DNA of 24,000 nucleotides. Source: Microbacterium phage ChickenKing. Below are positions 1-9,453 of the stretch, one piece after another (position 1 is the first letter of the stretch; each line of letters opens with the position of its first letter). Position numbers and translations under genes: made by a program. The stretch lies in the sequence record MN310543.1. The stretch is one strand, 5' to 3'. The notes beneath the pieces are model-generated. The model worked only from the letters and a program-made list of their open reading frames with translations. It did no database searches and was not told where the DNA came from.

Positions 1-170
1 TAGACGCGGGCATGGCCGTCGAGGTCCTGTCCTGCTTCCGGGAGCCGGACCTGGTGGGCAAGAAGCTTCTCATCGACAAGGTCAGCCAGAACGGTCTGGC
101 CCTCATCCGCAAGGCAGTCGCCAGCGACTTCCACGTCGTCAACCAGCAGGGAAAGGAGAACCTCTCGTGA
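1..170 (+). CDS. 3' end of a phage structural/neck region protein (partial, runs off window edge)
   Basis: Open frame from position 3 to TGA at 168-170 (…GKKLLIDKVSQNGLALIRKAVASDFHVVNQQGKENLS*), overlapping the GTG start of the next gene. Confidence 0.6.
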   Translation, partial: DAGMAVEVLSCFREPDLVGKKLLIDKVSQNGLALIRKAVASDFHVVNQQGKENLS

Positions 171-508
171 GCATCACGATGGGCCAGCTCGCATCCCGGT
201 ATGCGGCGGCATCCAAGCAGGCTCCCGGCTCGACCGAGCTCAAGCGTCTGGCTCAGGTCGGCGTCGGTCTGGTCAAGCAGGAGATTCAGGCTGTGCATGC
301 GGTCGACACGGGTACGATGCTGAACAGCACGACCTCCGAGTCGGCGGGCAAGACCACGTACCTGATCGGCCCGACGGTGGACTACGCGGCATACGTCGCA
401 CTCGGTACTTCTCGTGTGGCCGGTCGACCCTTCCATATCCGCGCGGCGAAGCGTCTGTCCGGCGAAGTGGCCGACATGGGCTTCGACCCTGAGAGTCTGG
501 GCATCTGA
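167..508 (+). CDS. Head-tail connector / HK97 gp10-like neck protein
   Basis: 113 aa, GTG start overlapping upstream stop; size, position and sequence (VDTGTMLNSTTSE…YLIGPTVDYAAYVALGTSRVAGRPF) typical of gp10-like proteins. Confidence 0.7.
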   Translation: MSITMGQLASRYAAASKQAPGSTELKRLAQVGVGLVKQEIQAVHAVDTGTMLNSTTSESAGKTTYLIGPTVDYAAYVALGTSRVAGRPFHIRAAKRLSGEVADMGFDPESLGI

Positions 509-867
509 TGAGCGTGGCGATGAGCGACCTGACGGCTCTCCTGGACTCCCTGGGCGTCCCGGCTGTGCAGGGCTATGCGGCAACTAAGGCCTCTCTCCCT
601 TACGTCGTGGCGCGACCGCTGGTCGTCGTTGGCGAGGACATCGCACTGAACGGTGCCACGATGGCGTGGGACAACCAGCACTCGCTCTACGCCTGTGCAG
701 GCTCGGTGGAGGCATCGTACAACCTGGCCCTCGCAGTCATGCGTGCTCTCGACGGCCAGCGTGTCGGTGATAGCACGCTCTCAGCGTCCATGGGCTACTC
801 CGGTGCTCAGGTCGAAGGTCACTATGAATCCCAGGTGACCGTCCAAACCTATCAGGGAGGTATCTAA
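508..867 (+). CDS. Tail terminator / tail completion-like protein
   Basis: 119 aa ORF, start overlapping upstream stop, syntenic position before the major tail protein. Confidence 0.55.
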   Translation: MSVAMSDLTALLDSLGVPAVQGYAATKASLPYVVARPLVVVGEDIALNGATMAWDNQHSLYACAGSVEASYNLALAVMRALDGQRVGDSTLSASMGYSGAQVEGHYESQVTVQTYQGGI

Positions 868-1094
868 TGGCGAAGGGAATCGTCGTCGAGCACAAGGGCA
901 ACGGCATGCAGTACGCAGTGTCGGAGTCCAACTTCAACGAGAAGGTGCACAAGAAGGTCCGGGACCTCAAGCCCGGCGAGTCCGTTCGGGACTACAAGCC
1001 CCGGTCGAAGAAGTCGCTCAGCGATGCCGTCGGCCACACCAAGACCGAGGGGTCCAGCGTGGACACCAAGGACGCCAAGAAGGAAGGAAACTGA
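867..1094 (+). CDS. Small hypothetical protein of tail module
   Basis: 75 aa ORF, ATG overlapping upstream TAA (TAATG), highly charged. Confidence 0.65.
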   Translation: MAKGIVVEHKGNGMQYAVSESNFNEKVHKKVRDLKPGESVRDYKPRSKKSLSDAVGHTKTEGSSVDTKDAKKEGN

Positions 1095-1095
1095 C

Positions 1096-1593
1096 ATGGC
1101 ACCCATCACCCAGTGGAACCCCTCGACTCAGATCAGTCGGGGCAACATCGCCGTCGGCGTGGCTCCGGCCGTCGCTGACCTCAACGACCCGTCGCTCACC
1201 GAGCTGAACGAGGGCATCGGGCTGGACTGCTCGATCACCACGTTCAACGGCACCAGCTCGACGGACTCCGAGTCCATCGACTGGCTGTGCGACCCGTCGT
1301 CCGAGCAGATCCCCGGCTCGACCACGCACACCATCGACGACCTCGTCATCAAGGCCACGGGCCAGGGCGACGAGGACCTCATCGCGGGCCTCAACATCGG
1401 TGACACGGTGTACATCTGGCGTCGCGACGGTGTCGCGCACGAGGACGCGCTGGCCGTGGGTCAGTTCGTCTGGGTCTGGAAGGCCACCATCACCTCGATC
1501 GACCCGGTCGAGGCCAACAACACGTTCATCGGCATCACCGCTCACATCACGGTCCAGGCGCGTTCGCGTACTGCGGTCGCGATCTCGGCCTGA
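1096..1593 (+). CDS. Major tail protein (tube subunit)
   Basis: 165 aa from ATG 1096 (aaggaaggaaactgacATG); MAPITQWNPSTQISRGNIAVGVAPAVADLNDPSLTELNEGIGL…; position before the chaperones and tape measure. Confidence 0.75.
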   Translation: MAPITQWNPSTQISRGNIAVGVAPAVADLNDPSLTELNEGIGLDCSITTFNGTSSTDSESIDWLCDPSSEQIPGSTTHTIDDLVIKATGQGDEDLIAGLNIGDTVYIWRRDGVAHEDALAVGQFVWVWKATITSIDPVEANNTFIGITAHITVQARSRTAVAISA

Positions 1594-1622
1594 GTCCAAC
1601 CTGACAACGGAGGAGAACACCA

Positions 1623-2165
1623 ATGTCATTCAACAGCTATGAAGAGCTCATGCAGGCGGTCGAGGAGCGCCGCAAGGACACCCTCACCCTCGAGGTCGAC
1701 ATGGGAGCCACGTACTCCCAGGAGCACGAGGACGCGAAGCGTGAGCTGGCACAGGCCAAGGGCCTCAAGATGCTGACGGGGAACCAGGAGTTCCTCGCCG
1801 ACAACTTGGACGCTCTCGAGGCTCGTGTGGCCGAGACCAAGCCGGAGGCGAAGAGCGTGTGGGTACGCTTCAACCGTCTCTCGCTCGGTGAGTGGTCGGC
1901 TCTGCTCAAGATGGCTGGCATCCAGCCCATCGACCAGTACGAGAAGGTTCTCCCGAAGACGTTCGTCGGCGTCTACGGGCAGGACCCGGACGAGGAAGGC
2001 GTGGAGCCTCTTTCGACCGACCCCGCGCTTCTCAGCTCCAAGGGTGACAAGGGCATCCTCCCCGGAGGCATGCTCCATCAGGTGGTCCAGGCGTTCATGG
2101 CCTGGCAGAACTCCTCGGGCGACGTGACGATCCGCCCTACGAAGTCGGGCCTCGTCTCGCAGTAA
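1623..2165 (+). CDS. Tail assembly chaperone, upstream (G-like) product
   Basis: 180 aa, RBS ggaggagaac before ATG 1623; immediately before a -1-frame ORF and the tape measure. Confidence 0.7.
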   Translation: MSFNSYEELMQAVEERRKDTLTLEVDMGATYSQEHEDAKRELAQAKGLKMLTGNQEFLADNLDALEARVAETKPEAKSVWVRFNRLSLGEWSALLKMAGIQPIDQYEKVLPKTFVGVYGQDPDEEGVEPLSTDPALLSSKGDKGILPGGMLHQVVQAFMAWQNSSGDVTIRPTKSGLVSQ

Positions 2166-2173
2166 CGCTTGAC

Positions 2174-2551
2174 ATGGCCCTGGCATCGGGGCGACCCCCG
2201 CTTCGCCTCCTTGACGAGGGAAGCCCCGATGCCTGGTCTGAGCTCGATCTCGAGATCGTGTCTCAGTGGAAGCATCTCAAGGAGGTCAAGTGCCCCGGCT
2301 GTGGTCGCCCGCTGGCGGAGCACCTTCACAACTCAAGACTGGGACGGGAAGAGACAGTCGAAGACTACGAGGTCTACTCGGTCGACTGCCCCGCACAGCA
2401 GGCTATCGCAGGCGGTCACGATATGTGGCGACAGGCGAACAAGAGCCGGATCGACGCTCACCAGAAGGGCAACGGTCCTGACCCCGCGATGGGGGTCTAC
2501 TGGCTGACCAAGCGGGAGGGTGAACGCCTCCCCGTCCCCGAACCTCAGTAA
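2174..2551 (+). CDS. Tail assembly chaperone, downstream (T-like) segment, likely expressed by -1 frameshift
   Basis: Frame is -1 relative to the upstream ORF and open from 2048; contains WSELDLEIVSQWKHLKEVKCPGCGRPLAEH, a pattern seen in phage T-type chaperone segments; no Shine-Dalgarno before ATG 2174. Confidence 0.65.
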   Translation: MALASGRPPLRLLDEGSPDAWSELDLEIVSQWKHLKEVKCPGCGRPLAEHLHNSRLGREETVEDYEVYSVDCPAQQAIAGGHDMWRQANKSRIDAHQKGNGPDPAMGVYWLTKREGERLPVPEPQ

Positions 2552-2573
2552 CAAGCCCAGGAAGGAGAACCGC

Positions 2574-4982
2574 ATGGCCGATAACGACGTTCGCATCAAG
2601 CTCTCGCTTGACGGTGCTGACAACGTCCAGAAGGGCCTCGCCGGAGTCGGCGACGAGGCTGGCAAGGCGGACTCCAAGCTGGGAGGCATGGTCAAGGGAG
2701 GCCTCAAGGGTGCTGGTGCTGCCCTGGTGGGCTTCGCTACTGCGGCGGTCGCCGCTGGTGGTGCTCTGACGGCTGGCGTGATCAACGCGTACGCCGACTA
2801 CGAGCAGAACATTGGTGGTATCGAGACCATGTTCAAGGACGCGTCCGGTACGATGAAGCAGTACGCCGACGACGCGTACCGGACTGCGGGCCTCTCTGCC
2901 AACGACTACATGAGCCAGGTCACGAGCTTCTCGGCCGCGCTCATCCAGGGTCTGGGCGGAGACACTGCGGCGGCGGCAGAGGCCGCTAACACGGCCATGA
3001 TCGACATGTCCGACAACGCGAACAAGTTCGGGTCCAACATCACGGACATCCAGAACGCCTATCAGGGCTTCGCGAAGCAGAACTACACGATGCTTGACAA
3101 CCTCAAGCTCGGGTACGGTGGTACTGCCGCCGAGATGGCACGCCTCATCAACGACTCTGGCGTCATGGGCGACACCTTCGAGGCGACCGCTCAGAACATG
3201 AACGAGGTCAGCTTCGACAAGATCGTCGAGGCCATCCACGTCGTCCAGGACGAGATGGGCGTCGCGGGCACGACCGCGCTCGAGGCAGAGAAGACCATCT
3301 CCGGCTCCATCGGGATGCTCCAGTCGAGCTTCGCCAACCTGCTCACGGGCCTCGGCTCTGCGGACGCTGATGTGGCCACACTGGCAGGCAACGTCGTTAG
3401 CTCGCTCGAGTCGGTCATCACCAACATCACGCCAGTCATCGAGAACCTCGGTGCCAACATGGCGACCCTCGGGCCTCAGCTCGGCACCATGATGGAGTCG
3501 CTGGTCGGCGCGGTCGTCTCGGCTATCCCGGCCATCCTCGATGCTGGTGTGGCCCTGATCGGCGGACTCATCCAGGGCATCGGCTCGGCTCTGCCGGGTC
3601 TCATCACTGCCGCTGTCCCGGCTGTCATCGGCCTCGTCGAGATGCTCGTCGAGCAGGCTCCCCTCCTGATCCAGGCTGGCGTCAACGCGATCGTGGCTCT
3701 CGGCCAGGGCATCGCAGAGGCTCTGCCTACCCTGATCCCGCTGGTGGTCCAGGGGATCACTGACGTGCTGATGGCGCTGACCGAGGCTCTGCCCCTCCTG
3801 CTCGAGGTAGGCCTCCAGCTCATCACCTCGCTGGGCGAGGGCCTCCTGGCCGCTCTCCCGACCCTGGTGGCCATGCTCCCGGTGATCATCCAGTCCCTGG
3901 TCGACTTCTTCGTCGCCGGGATTCCGATGCTGATCAACACGGGCATCTCGCTGTTCACGTCGCTCATCGGGGCACTCCCCCAGATCATCACGACCATCGT
4001 GGCGGCTCTCCCGCAGATCATCACTTCGATCATCAACGCAGTCGTCGGCGCTATCCCGCTCCTGATCCAGGCAGGTATCGACCTGATCACCGCGCTGGTC
4101 GGTGCCCTGCCCGAGATCATTGTGGCCATCGTCGACGCCATCCCGACCATCATCACCGCTGTGCTGGATGCCGTCATCGGCTCCATCCCCCTGCTGATCG
4201 ACGCGGGATTCAAGCTCATCACCGGGCTTATCGGTGCTCTCCCGAGCATCATCGGCACCATCGTGGGAGCCATCCCCCGGATCATCGGTGGAGTGCTCGG
4301 TGCCATCTTCGGTGCCGTGCCGAAGCTCGTGCAGGCAGGCTTCAAGCTCCTGACGGGCATCGTGGGCAACATCGGCGGCATCATCGGGCAGATCGGTGGG
4401 GCTGTCGGCAACATTCTCTCCTCGATCTTCAACAAGGTCGTCGGTGGAGTAGGCCGGATGATCTCCGCTGGTGGCGACCTGGTGCGCGGCCTCTGGAACG
4501 GTATCTCCGGCGCGGCGGGCTGGCTGTTCAACAAGATCGGCGGCTTCGTCAACGACGTGATGGGGAGCATCGGTTCCTTCTTCGGCATCGCGTCCCCGTC
4601 GAAGCGTATGCGCGACGAGATCGGTGCCTGGCTTCCTGCTGGTATCGGTGTCGGTGTCGAGCAGAACGAGTCGGACGCTATCGACCCGATCACCGACATG
4701 AACAAGCGGATGATCAGCGAGGCCGAGAAGCTCCCTCAGCTCGCGCTGGACACCAACGTTACCCAGTCCCTGACCCAGACCGTTGTCCCGACCCTGGCAC
4801 CGACTCAGGCGACGGCCACACCGACTGCGGTCTCGGCTGGCGGCTCGACCTACCTCATCACCGGTCCGCTGGTCAGTGTGGCTGAGATGACGGTGCGCAA
4901 CGACCAGGATATCCGGACCCTGAGCACCCAGCTCAAGACCGACATGACGCGCGAGCTTCGCGCACAGGGAGTGATGTCATGA
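2574..4982 (+). CDS. Tape measure protein
   Basis: 802 aa, longest hydrophobic-rich tail ORF, RBS aaggagaac before ATG 2574, N-terminal coiled region, internal 44-aa repeats, C-terminal FFGIASPSKRMRDEIGAWLPAGI motif. Confidence 0.93.
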   Translation: MADNDVRIKLSLDGADNVQKGLAGVGDEAGKADSKLGGMVKGGLKGAGAALVGFATAAVAAGGALTAGVINAYADYEQNIGGIETMFKDASGTMKQYADDAYRTAGLSANDYMSQVTSFSAALIQGLGGDTAAAAEAANTAMIDMSDNANKFGSNITDIQNAYQGFAKQNYTMLDNLKLGYGGTAAEMARLINDSGVMGDTFEATAQNMNEVSFDKIVEAIHVVQDEMGVAGTTALEAEKTISGSIGMLQSSFANLLTGLGSADADVATLAGNVVSSLESVITNITPVIENLGANMATLGPQLGTMMESLVGAVVSAIPAILDAGVALIGGLIQGIGSALPGLITAAVPAVIGLVEMLVEQAPLLIQAGVNAIVALGQGIAEALPTLIPLVVQGITDVLMALTEALPLLLEVGLQLITSLGEGLLAALPTLVAMLPVIIQSLVDFFVAGIPMLINTGISLFTSLIGALPQIITTIVAALPQIITSIINAVVGAIPLLIQAGIDLITALVGALPEIIVAIVDAIPTIITAVLDAVIGSIPLLIDAGFKLITGLIGALPSIIGTIVGAIPRIIGGVLGAIFGAVPKLVQAGFKLLTGIVGNIGGIIGQIGGAVGNILSSIFNKVVGGVGRMISAGGDLVRGLWNGISGAAGWLFNKIGGFVNDVMGSIGSFFGIASPSKRMRDEIGAWLPAGIGVGVEQNESDAIDPITDMNKRMISEAEKLPQLALDTNVTQSLTQTVVPTLAPTQATATPTAVSAGGSTYLITGPLVSVAEMTVRNDQDIRTLSTQLKTDMTRELRAQGVMS
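3528..4451 (+). repeat. Seven tandem diverged 132-nt / 44-aa repeats inside the tape measure gene
   Basis: Units begin at 3528, 3660, 3792, 3924, 4056, 4188, 4320: PAILDAGVALIGGL…, PLLIQAGVNAIVAL…, PLLLEVGLQLITSL…, PMLINTGISLFTSL…, PLLIQAGIDLITAL…, PLLIDAGFKLITGL…, PKLVQAGFKLLTGI…. Confidence 0.88.
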
Positions 4983-5752
4983 GTTTCAAGCTCGGCACGT
5001 TCGACACCGACGAGATCGAAGGCTTCAAGGCCATCCTGACCGAGATGCCCGCTCTGCCCGTGGAGCTGGCTCTCGATGAGGTCGCCGGTGATGGCTCGCT
5101 GTTCTACCGTGCTCGTATGACGGAGACCGAGTGGGTCTTCAACCTCGAGCTGACCGGTACCGACGTGCACGACGTCCTGACCAAGGCAGATCAGGTGTCG
5201 TACGCGCTCAACCCTCTCCTGGCAGGCGGCGAGCAGGACTTCACGCCGAACGCGCTGGACCCGTGGGTCTGGCAGGGTGTCCTCGGTGGGGCCATCCAGT
5301 GGGAGCGGGACAAGGTTCTCTGGTTCAGCGACCAGGGCATCTGCCGCCTGTCGGGGCAGGCCACCATCGTTACCCCCAACCCCTACGGGTACGCTGTTGG
5401 CGATCCTGTGGTCCTCTCAGGCGACGGCAGTCTCGTGCTCTCCAGCACGGGTAACACCAGCTTCTACCCCATCATCGAGTTCCGAGGCATTCTGTCGGCC
5501 GCGCAGTCGTTCTCCGCCGCTGGTGTGGCTGTGACCGGGCCTCTCACCGCCGGACAGACCCTGGTGCTCGACTTCGACGCCATGGACTTCTACATCAAGA
5601 CCACGGCCACCGGAGCCAAGGTCAGGAACGTCGCTGACCGGTTCACCAGCTTCAGCCGCCTGGAGGGGATGGAGAACATGACCATCCCGGTCAGCATCTC
5701 TGGCGGCACCTTCACGCAGGCAGTCGGCCGCGTTCGTTCGAGGAGGATCTAA
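4979..5752 (+). CDS. Distal tail-like protein
   Basis: 257 aa, start overlaps end of the tape measure (ATGA), position directly after it. Confidence 0.7.
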   Translation: MSFKLGTFDTDEIEGFKAILTEMPALPVELALDEVAGDGSLFYRARMTETEWVFNLELTGTDVHDVLTKADQVSYALNPLLAGGEQDFTPNALDPWVWQGVLGGAIQWERDKVLWFSDQGICRLSGQATIVTPNPYGYAVGDPVVLSGDGSLVLSSTGNTSFYPIIEFRGILSAAQSFSAAGVAVTGPLTAGQTLVLDFDAMDFYIKTTATGAKVRNVADRFTSFSRLEGMENMTIPVSISGGTFTQAVGRVRSRRI

Positions 5753-8178
5753 TGGCGGAGTACAGTCGGGCAAGTAGCCGGGGCGACTGGACGGGCGAGT
5801 GGGACCCGTCTGCTGTCACTCAGGCTCTGCTTCGTCTGGACTCCTTCGTCGGGTCTGGCGACCCCCGTCCGACCAACGACGACAGCGGCAAGGGTCGCAC
5901 GGCCTACGTCGTCAACTACGCGGGTAGTGACGCTGTCGCGGTCCAGTCCCCGTGGGGCACCGGTCTCCGTATGAACGAGGCAGGTGCCTCAGAGCAGACC
6001 TCCGTCCGGATCGAGAACGACGGCACGCTGTTCCCCTCGAGCGGCTCCGTCATGGTGGGCACCTGGTTCCGGGGCAAGCTCGACCGCCAGTGGAACCCCG
6101 TGCTCAGCACGCGCAACACTCCCGGGGCTTCGCCTCTCGTCCACATCGCCGTGAACACTTCGGCCTCCGGTCCGCAGATCAACTACCGGTTCTACTCGGC
6201 GGCTGGTACCCAGCTCATCAACGAGTGGTTCAGCGGGGTCCTGGTTCCCGACCGTTGGTACTGGATCGGCGCGGTCATTGACCTCACGCTCGGTACGTAC
6301 TCGGTGTACTGCGTGGATTACACGACCGGCGCGGTCGAGTCCGAGTCCGGCACGGTGTCGGGGCTGAACGCCTCATGCACGGCTCATCTGGACGTGGGCT
6401 TCGGCCCTGCTGGGGAGTGGGCACGCTCCGTCGTCGACGAGGTCGTCGTGGTCGCCCCGTTCTCGGGCAACGCGGGTCAGTGGGCTCAGCGCTCTCGTGT
6501 GGCCAACGGTGCTCTCGAGGCGACTCAGGCGGACTACGCCACGGTCTCCGGCCGTATCGCTCCTCGCCCGTCTGCCAGCCTGCCGGTCGTGGTGCAGTCC
6601 CGCGCCATGCCTGGTCAGTGGGGCACCGACACTCCCATGATCACGGTCAATGGCTCTGGCGCGACGGTGCGCTACCGGACCAGCAACAACCTGACCGCCT
6701 GGAGCGCGTGGAAGAACGCCTCCAGCATCGAGACCGAGCCGAATGCGGCATGGATTCAGTACGAGGTGACGCTCTCGACCCTGGAGAGCTACGTCGACGA
6801 TATCCTGCTCAGCACGGCTCCTCCGCCGACCCCTCCCCTGCCGAACACCCAGCCGGTCGAGCCGTTCTCCCTCGACCCGCTGTTGGCTGTGCCGAGCGGG
6901 GGAGGGGTCTTCTTCCAGGACAAGCTCCTGTCGTGCAAGACCTTCGACACGGCATCCAACGAGAGCACCCTCGAGTTCGAGGTCAGCCTGGCCGATCCCA
7001 AGGCCACACTGATCGAGAGCGAGATGCCCATCGTCTTCAAGGGCAAGAACTATGTCGCCCGTGCCGTCACGACCACGCAGTCCAAGCGCGAGGCCCGTGT
7101 CCACGTCTACGCTGAGCGGCTCTGGTACGACCTGCTGTACGCGGGCCAGATCGATGCACAGAGCTGGACCATGACGGCCTTCGACGCGATCTCCACGGTG
7201 CTGGCAGGCACCGACTGGTTCGTGGGTCAGGTCGACCCGAGCCAGGTGCTCGGCTGGGAGAACGACTCGGGCACGGTGCTCGGTGTTCTCAAGCAGATCG
7301 CCAAGGTGTACGGTGGAGACCTGGTCTTCGACGACAAGAACAAGTTCGTCCACCTGCTGGATCAGGGAGGCCGCGACCGGGGCACGTACTTCGAGTACGA
7401 GACCGGTATCGAGACCGCCGTGCGCCGCGAGGACACGACCAACCTGGTGACCCGTATCTACGGCCGGAACGCCGACGGCCTGACCATCGCTCCGGCGAAC
7501 AACGGGGTAGACTACGTCGAGGACTTCACCTGGACCACGGCTGTTCGCTCCAGCGTCTATGACTTCAAGAGCGGCATGACCCCTCAGGCCATGATGCGCT
7601 TCCTGACCGCGTTCATCGCTGACCGGGCCAAGCCGTCCCTGTCGTACGAGTACAGTGTGGCCGGTCTCGCTGGCCGTGACGCTGAGGTCGACCGCTTCGA
7701 GGTTCTGGACATCATCTTCGTCATGGACAAGGACTACTCCAAGTCCGTGAAGAACCGCGTGGTCCAGTTGGAGATCGACTGGGTAGACCTCCGCAAGTCG
7801 AAGATCACACTGGCGAACAAGCTCCGCTCTCTGGCCAGCTCGGAGGACAGCACCGACCCCGGTGCCCTGACGACCGGCCAGGACATTGACACGCGCGACA
7901 TCAACCCGTTCAACCTGCTGCTGAACAGCCGGGGAGACAACGGCATGGCGCACTGGGCGGGCACCAACGTCGCCGTCGTGGAAGGCGGGGCGACTGGCCG
8001 GTACAGCTTCGCGTTCGGGGCGGCTGGGGGCAGCCTGGAGCAGACGGTCACCAGCGACAACCGGGACAGCTTCGTCTTCTCGGCCCAGGTGGATGCCGAC
8101 ACGGATGCCCAGCTCCAGATCGAAGTGACGTTCCAGTACACCGACGGAACATCCGAGACCCAGACCCTGGAGCTGTGA
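5752..8178 (+). CDS. Minor tail protein / tail-tip protein with LamG-like N-terminal region and Tal/Gp37-like central region
   Basis: 808 aa; N-terminal concanavalin-like sandwich pattern (GTGLRMNEAG…VMVGTWFRGKLDRQWNPVLSTRN), middle FEVSLADPKATLIESEMPIVFKGKNYVAR…AERLWYDLLYA, C-terminal carbohydrate-binding-like sandwich. Confidence 0.7.
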   Translation: MAEYSRASSRGDWTGEWDPSAVTQALLRLDSFVGSGDPRPTNDDSGKGRTAYVVNYAGSDAVAVQSPWGTGLRMNEAGASEQTSVRIENDGTLFPSSGSVMVGTWFRGKLDRQWNPVLSTRNTPGASPLVHIAVNTSASGPQINYRFYSAAGTQLINEWFSGVLVPDRWYWIGAVIDLTLGTYSVYCVDYTTGAVESESGTVSGLNASCTAHLDVGFGPAGEWARSVVDEVVVVAPFSGNAGQWAQRSRVANGALEATQADYATVSGRIAPRPSASLPVVVQSRAMPGQWGTDTPMITVNGSGATVRYRTSNNLTAWSAWKNASSIETEPNAAWIQYEVTLSTLESYVDDILLSTAPPPTPPLPNTQPVEPFSLDPLLAVPSGGGVFFQDKLLSCKTFDTASNESTLEFEVSLADPKATLIESEMPIVFKGKNYVARAVTTTQSKREARVHVYAERLWYDLLYAGQIDAQSWTMTAFDAISTVLAGTDWFVGQVDPSQVLGWENDSGTVLGVLKQIAKVYGGDLVFDDKNKFVHLLDQGGRDRGTYFEYETGIETAVRREDTTNLVTRIYGRNADGLTIAPANNGVDYVEDFTWTTAVRSSVYDFKSGMTPQAMMRFLTAFIADRAKPSLSYEYSVAGLAGRDAEVDRFEVLDIIFVMDKDYSKSVKNRVVQLEIDWVDLRKSKITLANKLRSLASSEDSTDPGALTTGQDIDTRDINPFNLLLNSRGDNGMAHWAGTNVAVVEGGATGRYSFAFGAAGGSLEQTVTSDNRDSFVFSAQVDADTDAQLQIEVTFQYTDGTSETQTLEL

Positions 8179-8179
8179 C

Positions 8180-8368
8180 ATGGCCGTGCGACGCGTCATT
8201 GTACGCAACCCCAACTCGTTCAAGCAGACGCTTGTCATCAAGGTGAAGATCACCACGCCGGACGGCGATGTGAAGGTTACCGACCTCATCCTGCAGGCGG
8301 GCAGCACGGGCACGGGCTGGGTCCCCAACGTGACCGAGATGCCCTGGACGACTGGGGTGGTGAGCTAG
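8180..8368 (+). CDS. Small minor tail-associated protein
   Basis: 62 aa ORF between tail genes; aligns with the N-terminus of the next gene product. Confidence 0.7.
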   Translation: MAVRRVIVRNPNSFKQTLVIKVKITTPDGDVKVTDLILQAGSTGTGWVPNVTEMPWTTGVVS

Positions 8369-8968
8369 ATGGCATTCCTGCGCACGTTCGGCCAGCTTCG
8401 CCCTTCGAAGCCGGTGCTCGGTGTGGCCGTCAAGATCACCGCTCAGGACGAAGCCAAGGTCACCGACATCCAGCTCAACCCTGGCAGCAGCCTGTTCTCC
8501 TGGTCCCCGATGGTGGGCGACCTGGGCCTGGTGCCTGCCCCGGCCTGGCGCTACATCAACGGCATGGTGCAGTCGGACTACGACACTTGGGTCATGGCCG
8601 ACGAAGACAGCGCCAGCCCGTACCTCGGAGTCTTCTACCCCGTGGGTCCGCAGACCGTGGAGTGGGGGCTGCTGCACCTGGGGGAGATATCTTCACGAGA
8701 GGAGTTCAACGGATATGAGTACAGCACTACAGCCGGAGCCGGAGTCACCCCGCATCACACTGCCCGAGCTGATCAGCGCCTGGGCCTCGAGACGACGGGC
8801 ATCATGTCGGCCGTCGTTGCCATCCGGGGAATCCACGTTGACCCTGGAAGCAACGCGCGAACCGACCTGGGCACCGTCACAGGTGCTCACCCGGAAGGCT
8901 GGTCTGCGGTGTGGGCCTGGCATGAGACTTGGACAGACGTCCTAAACGAGCATGAGGAGTGGTCATAA
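8369..8968 (+). CDS. Minor tail-associated protein
   Basis: 199 aa ORF abutting the upstream stop; N-terminal paralogy to the 62-aa protein. Confidence 0.75.
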   Translation: MAFLRTFGQLRPSKPVLGVAVKITAQDEAKVTDIQLNPGSSLFSWSPMVGDLGLVPAPAWRYINGMVQSDYDTWVMADEDSASPYLGVFYPVGPQTVEWGLLHLGEISSREEFNGYEYSTTAGAGVTPHHTARADQRLGLETTGIMSAVVAIRGIHVDPGSNARTDLGTVTGAHPEGWSAVWAWHETWTDVLNEHEEWS

Positions 8969-9453
8969 TGGCCCTGGAGAACCCTACTGCACCGACCTAC
9001 GGTCCGAACACGTTCACGGCCTTGGCTGCTGCCCTGACCACACTGTTCGAGAACGACGAGTACCTGGAAGGGCTGATCGATGACATCGACCCTACCCCCA
9101 CGGTCACCCGGCTGAACCTGACGCTGGCCAGTGGGTACAGCAACAACTCGTCATATGTCCCCACGCGCACCGTCCGCACCGGCACCGAGGTGACCATCGA
9201 GGGCGGCGTGATCAACTGCCCTGCCAGCTTCAGCGCCGATGTCTACAACACTCTCGGCACAGTGGGCAGCGCGCACCGGCCGACCGATGGCAAGCACCGC
9301 ATGGGAATCGGTGCCATCTTCGCCTCGGGGGCTATCGTGCCGGTGCAGTACCGAATCAACGGTAGCGATGGGACCATCAACTTCTACTCCAAGATCGCTG
9401 TCTCGGGGGCATCATACATCATGCTCTCGCCTATCAACTGGACGGTGAGCTGA
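8968..9453 (+). CDS. Minor tail protein, hypothetical
   Basis: 161 aa from ATG 8968, overlapping upstream stop as TAATG; MALENPTAPTYGPNTFTALAAALTTLFENDEYLEG…. Confidence 0.7.
   Translation: MALENPTAPTYGPNTFTALAAALTTLFENDEYLEGLIDDIDPTPTVTRLNLTLASGYSNNSSYVPTRTVRTGTEVTIEGGVINCPASFSADVYNTLGTVGSAHRPTDGKHRMGIGAIFASGAIVPVQYRINGSDGTINFYSKIAVSGASYIMLSPINWTVS

Noticed and set aside
6373-8328. 651-aa minus-strand ORF opposite the minor tail protein
   Set aside because: Same GC-rich shadow effect; no domain features and it spans the boundary of two well-supported plus-strand genes.
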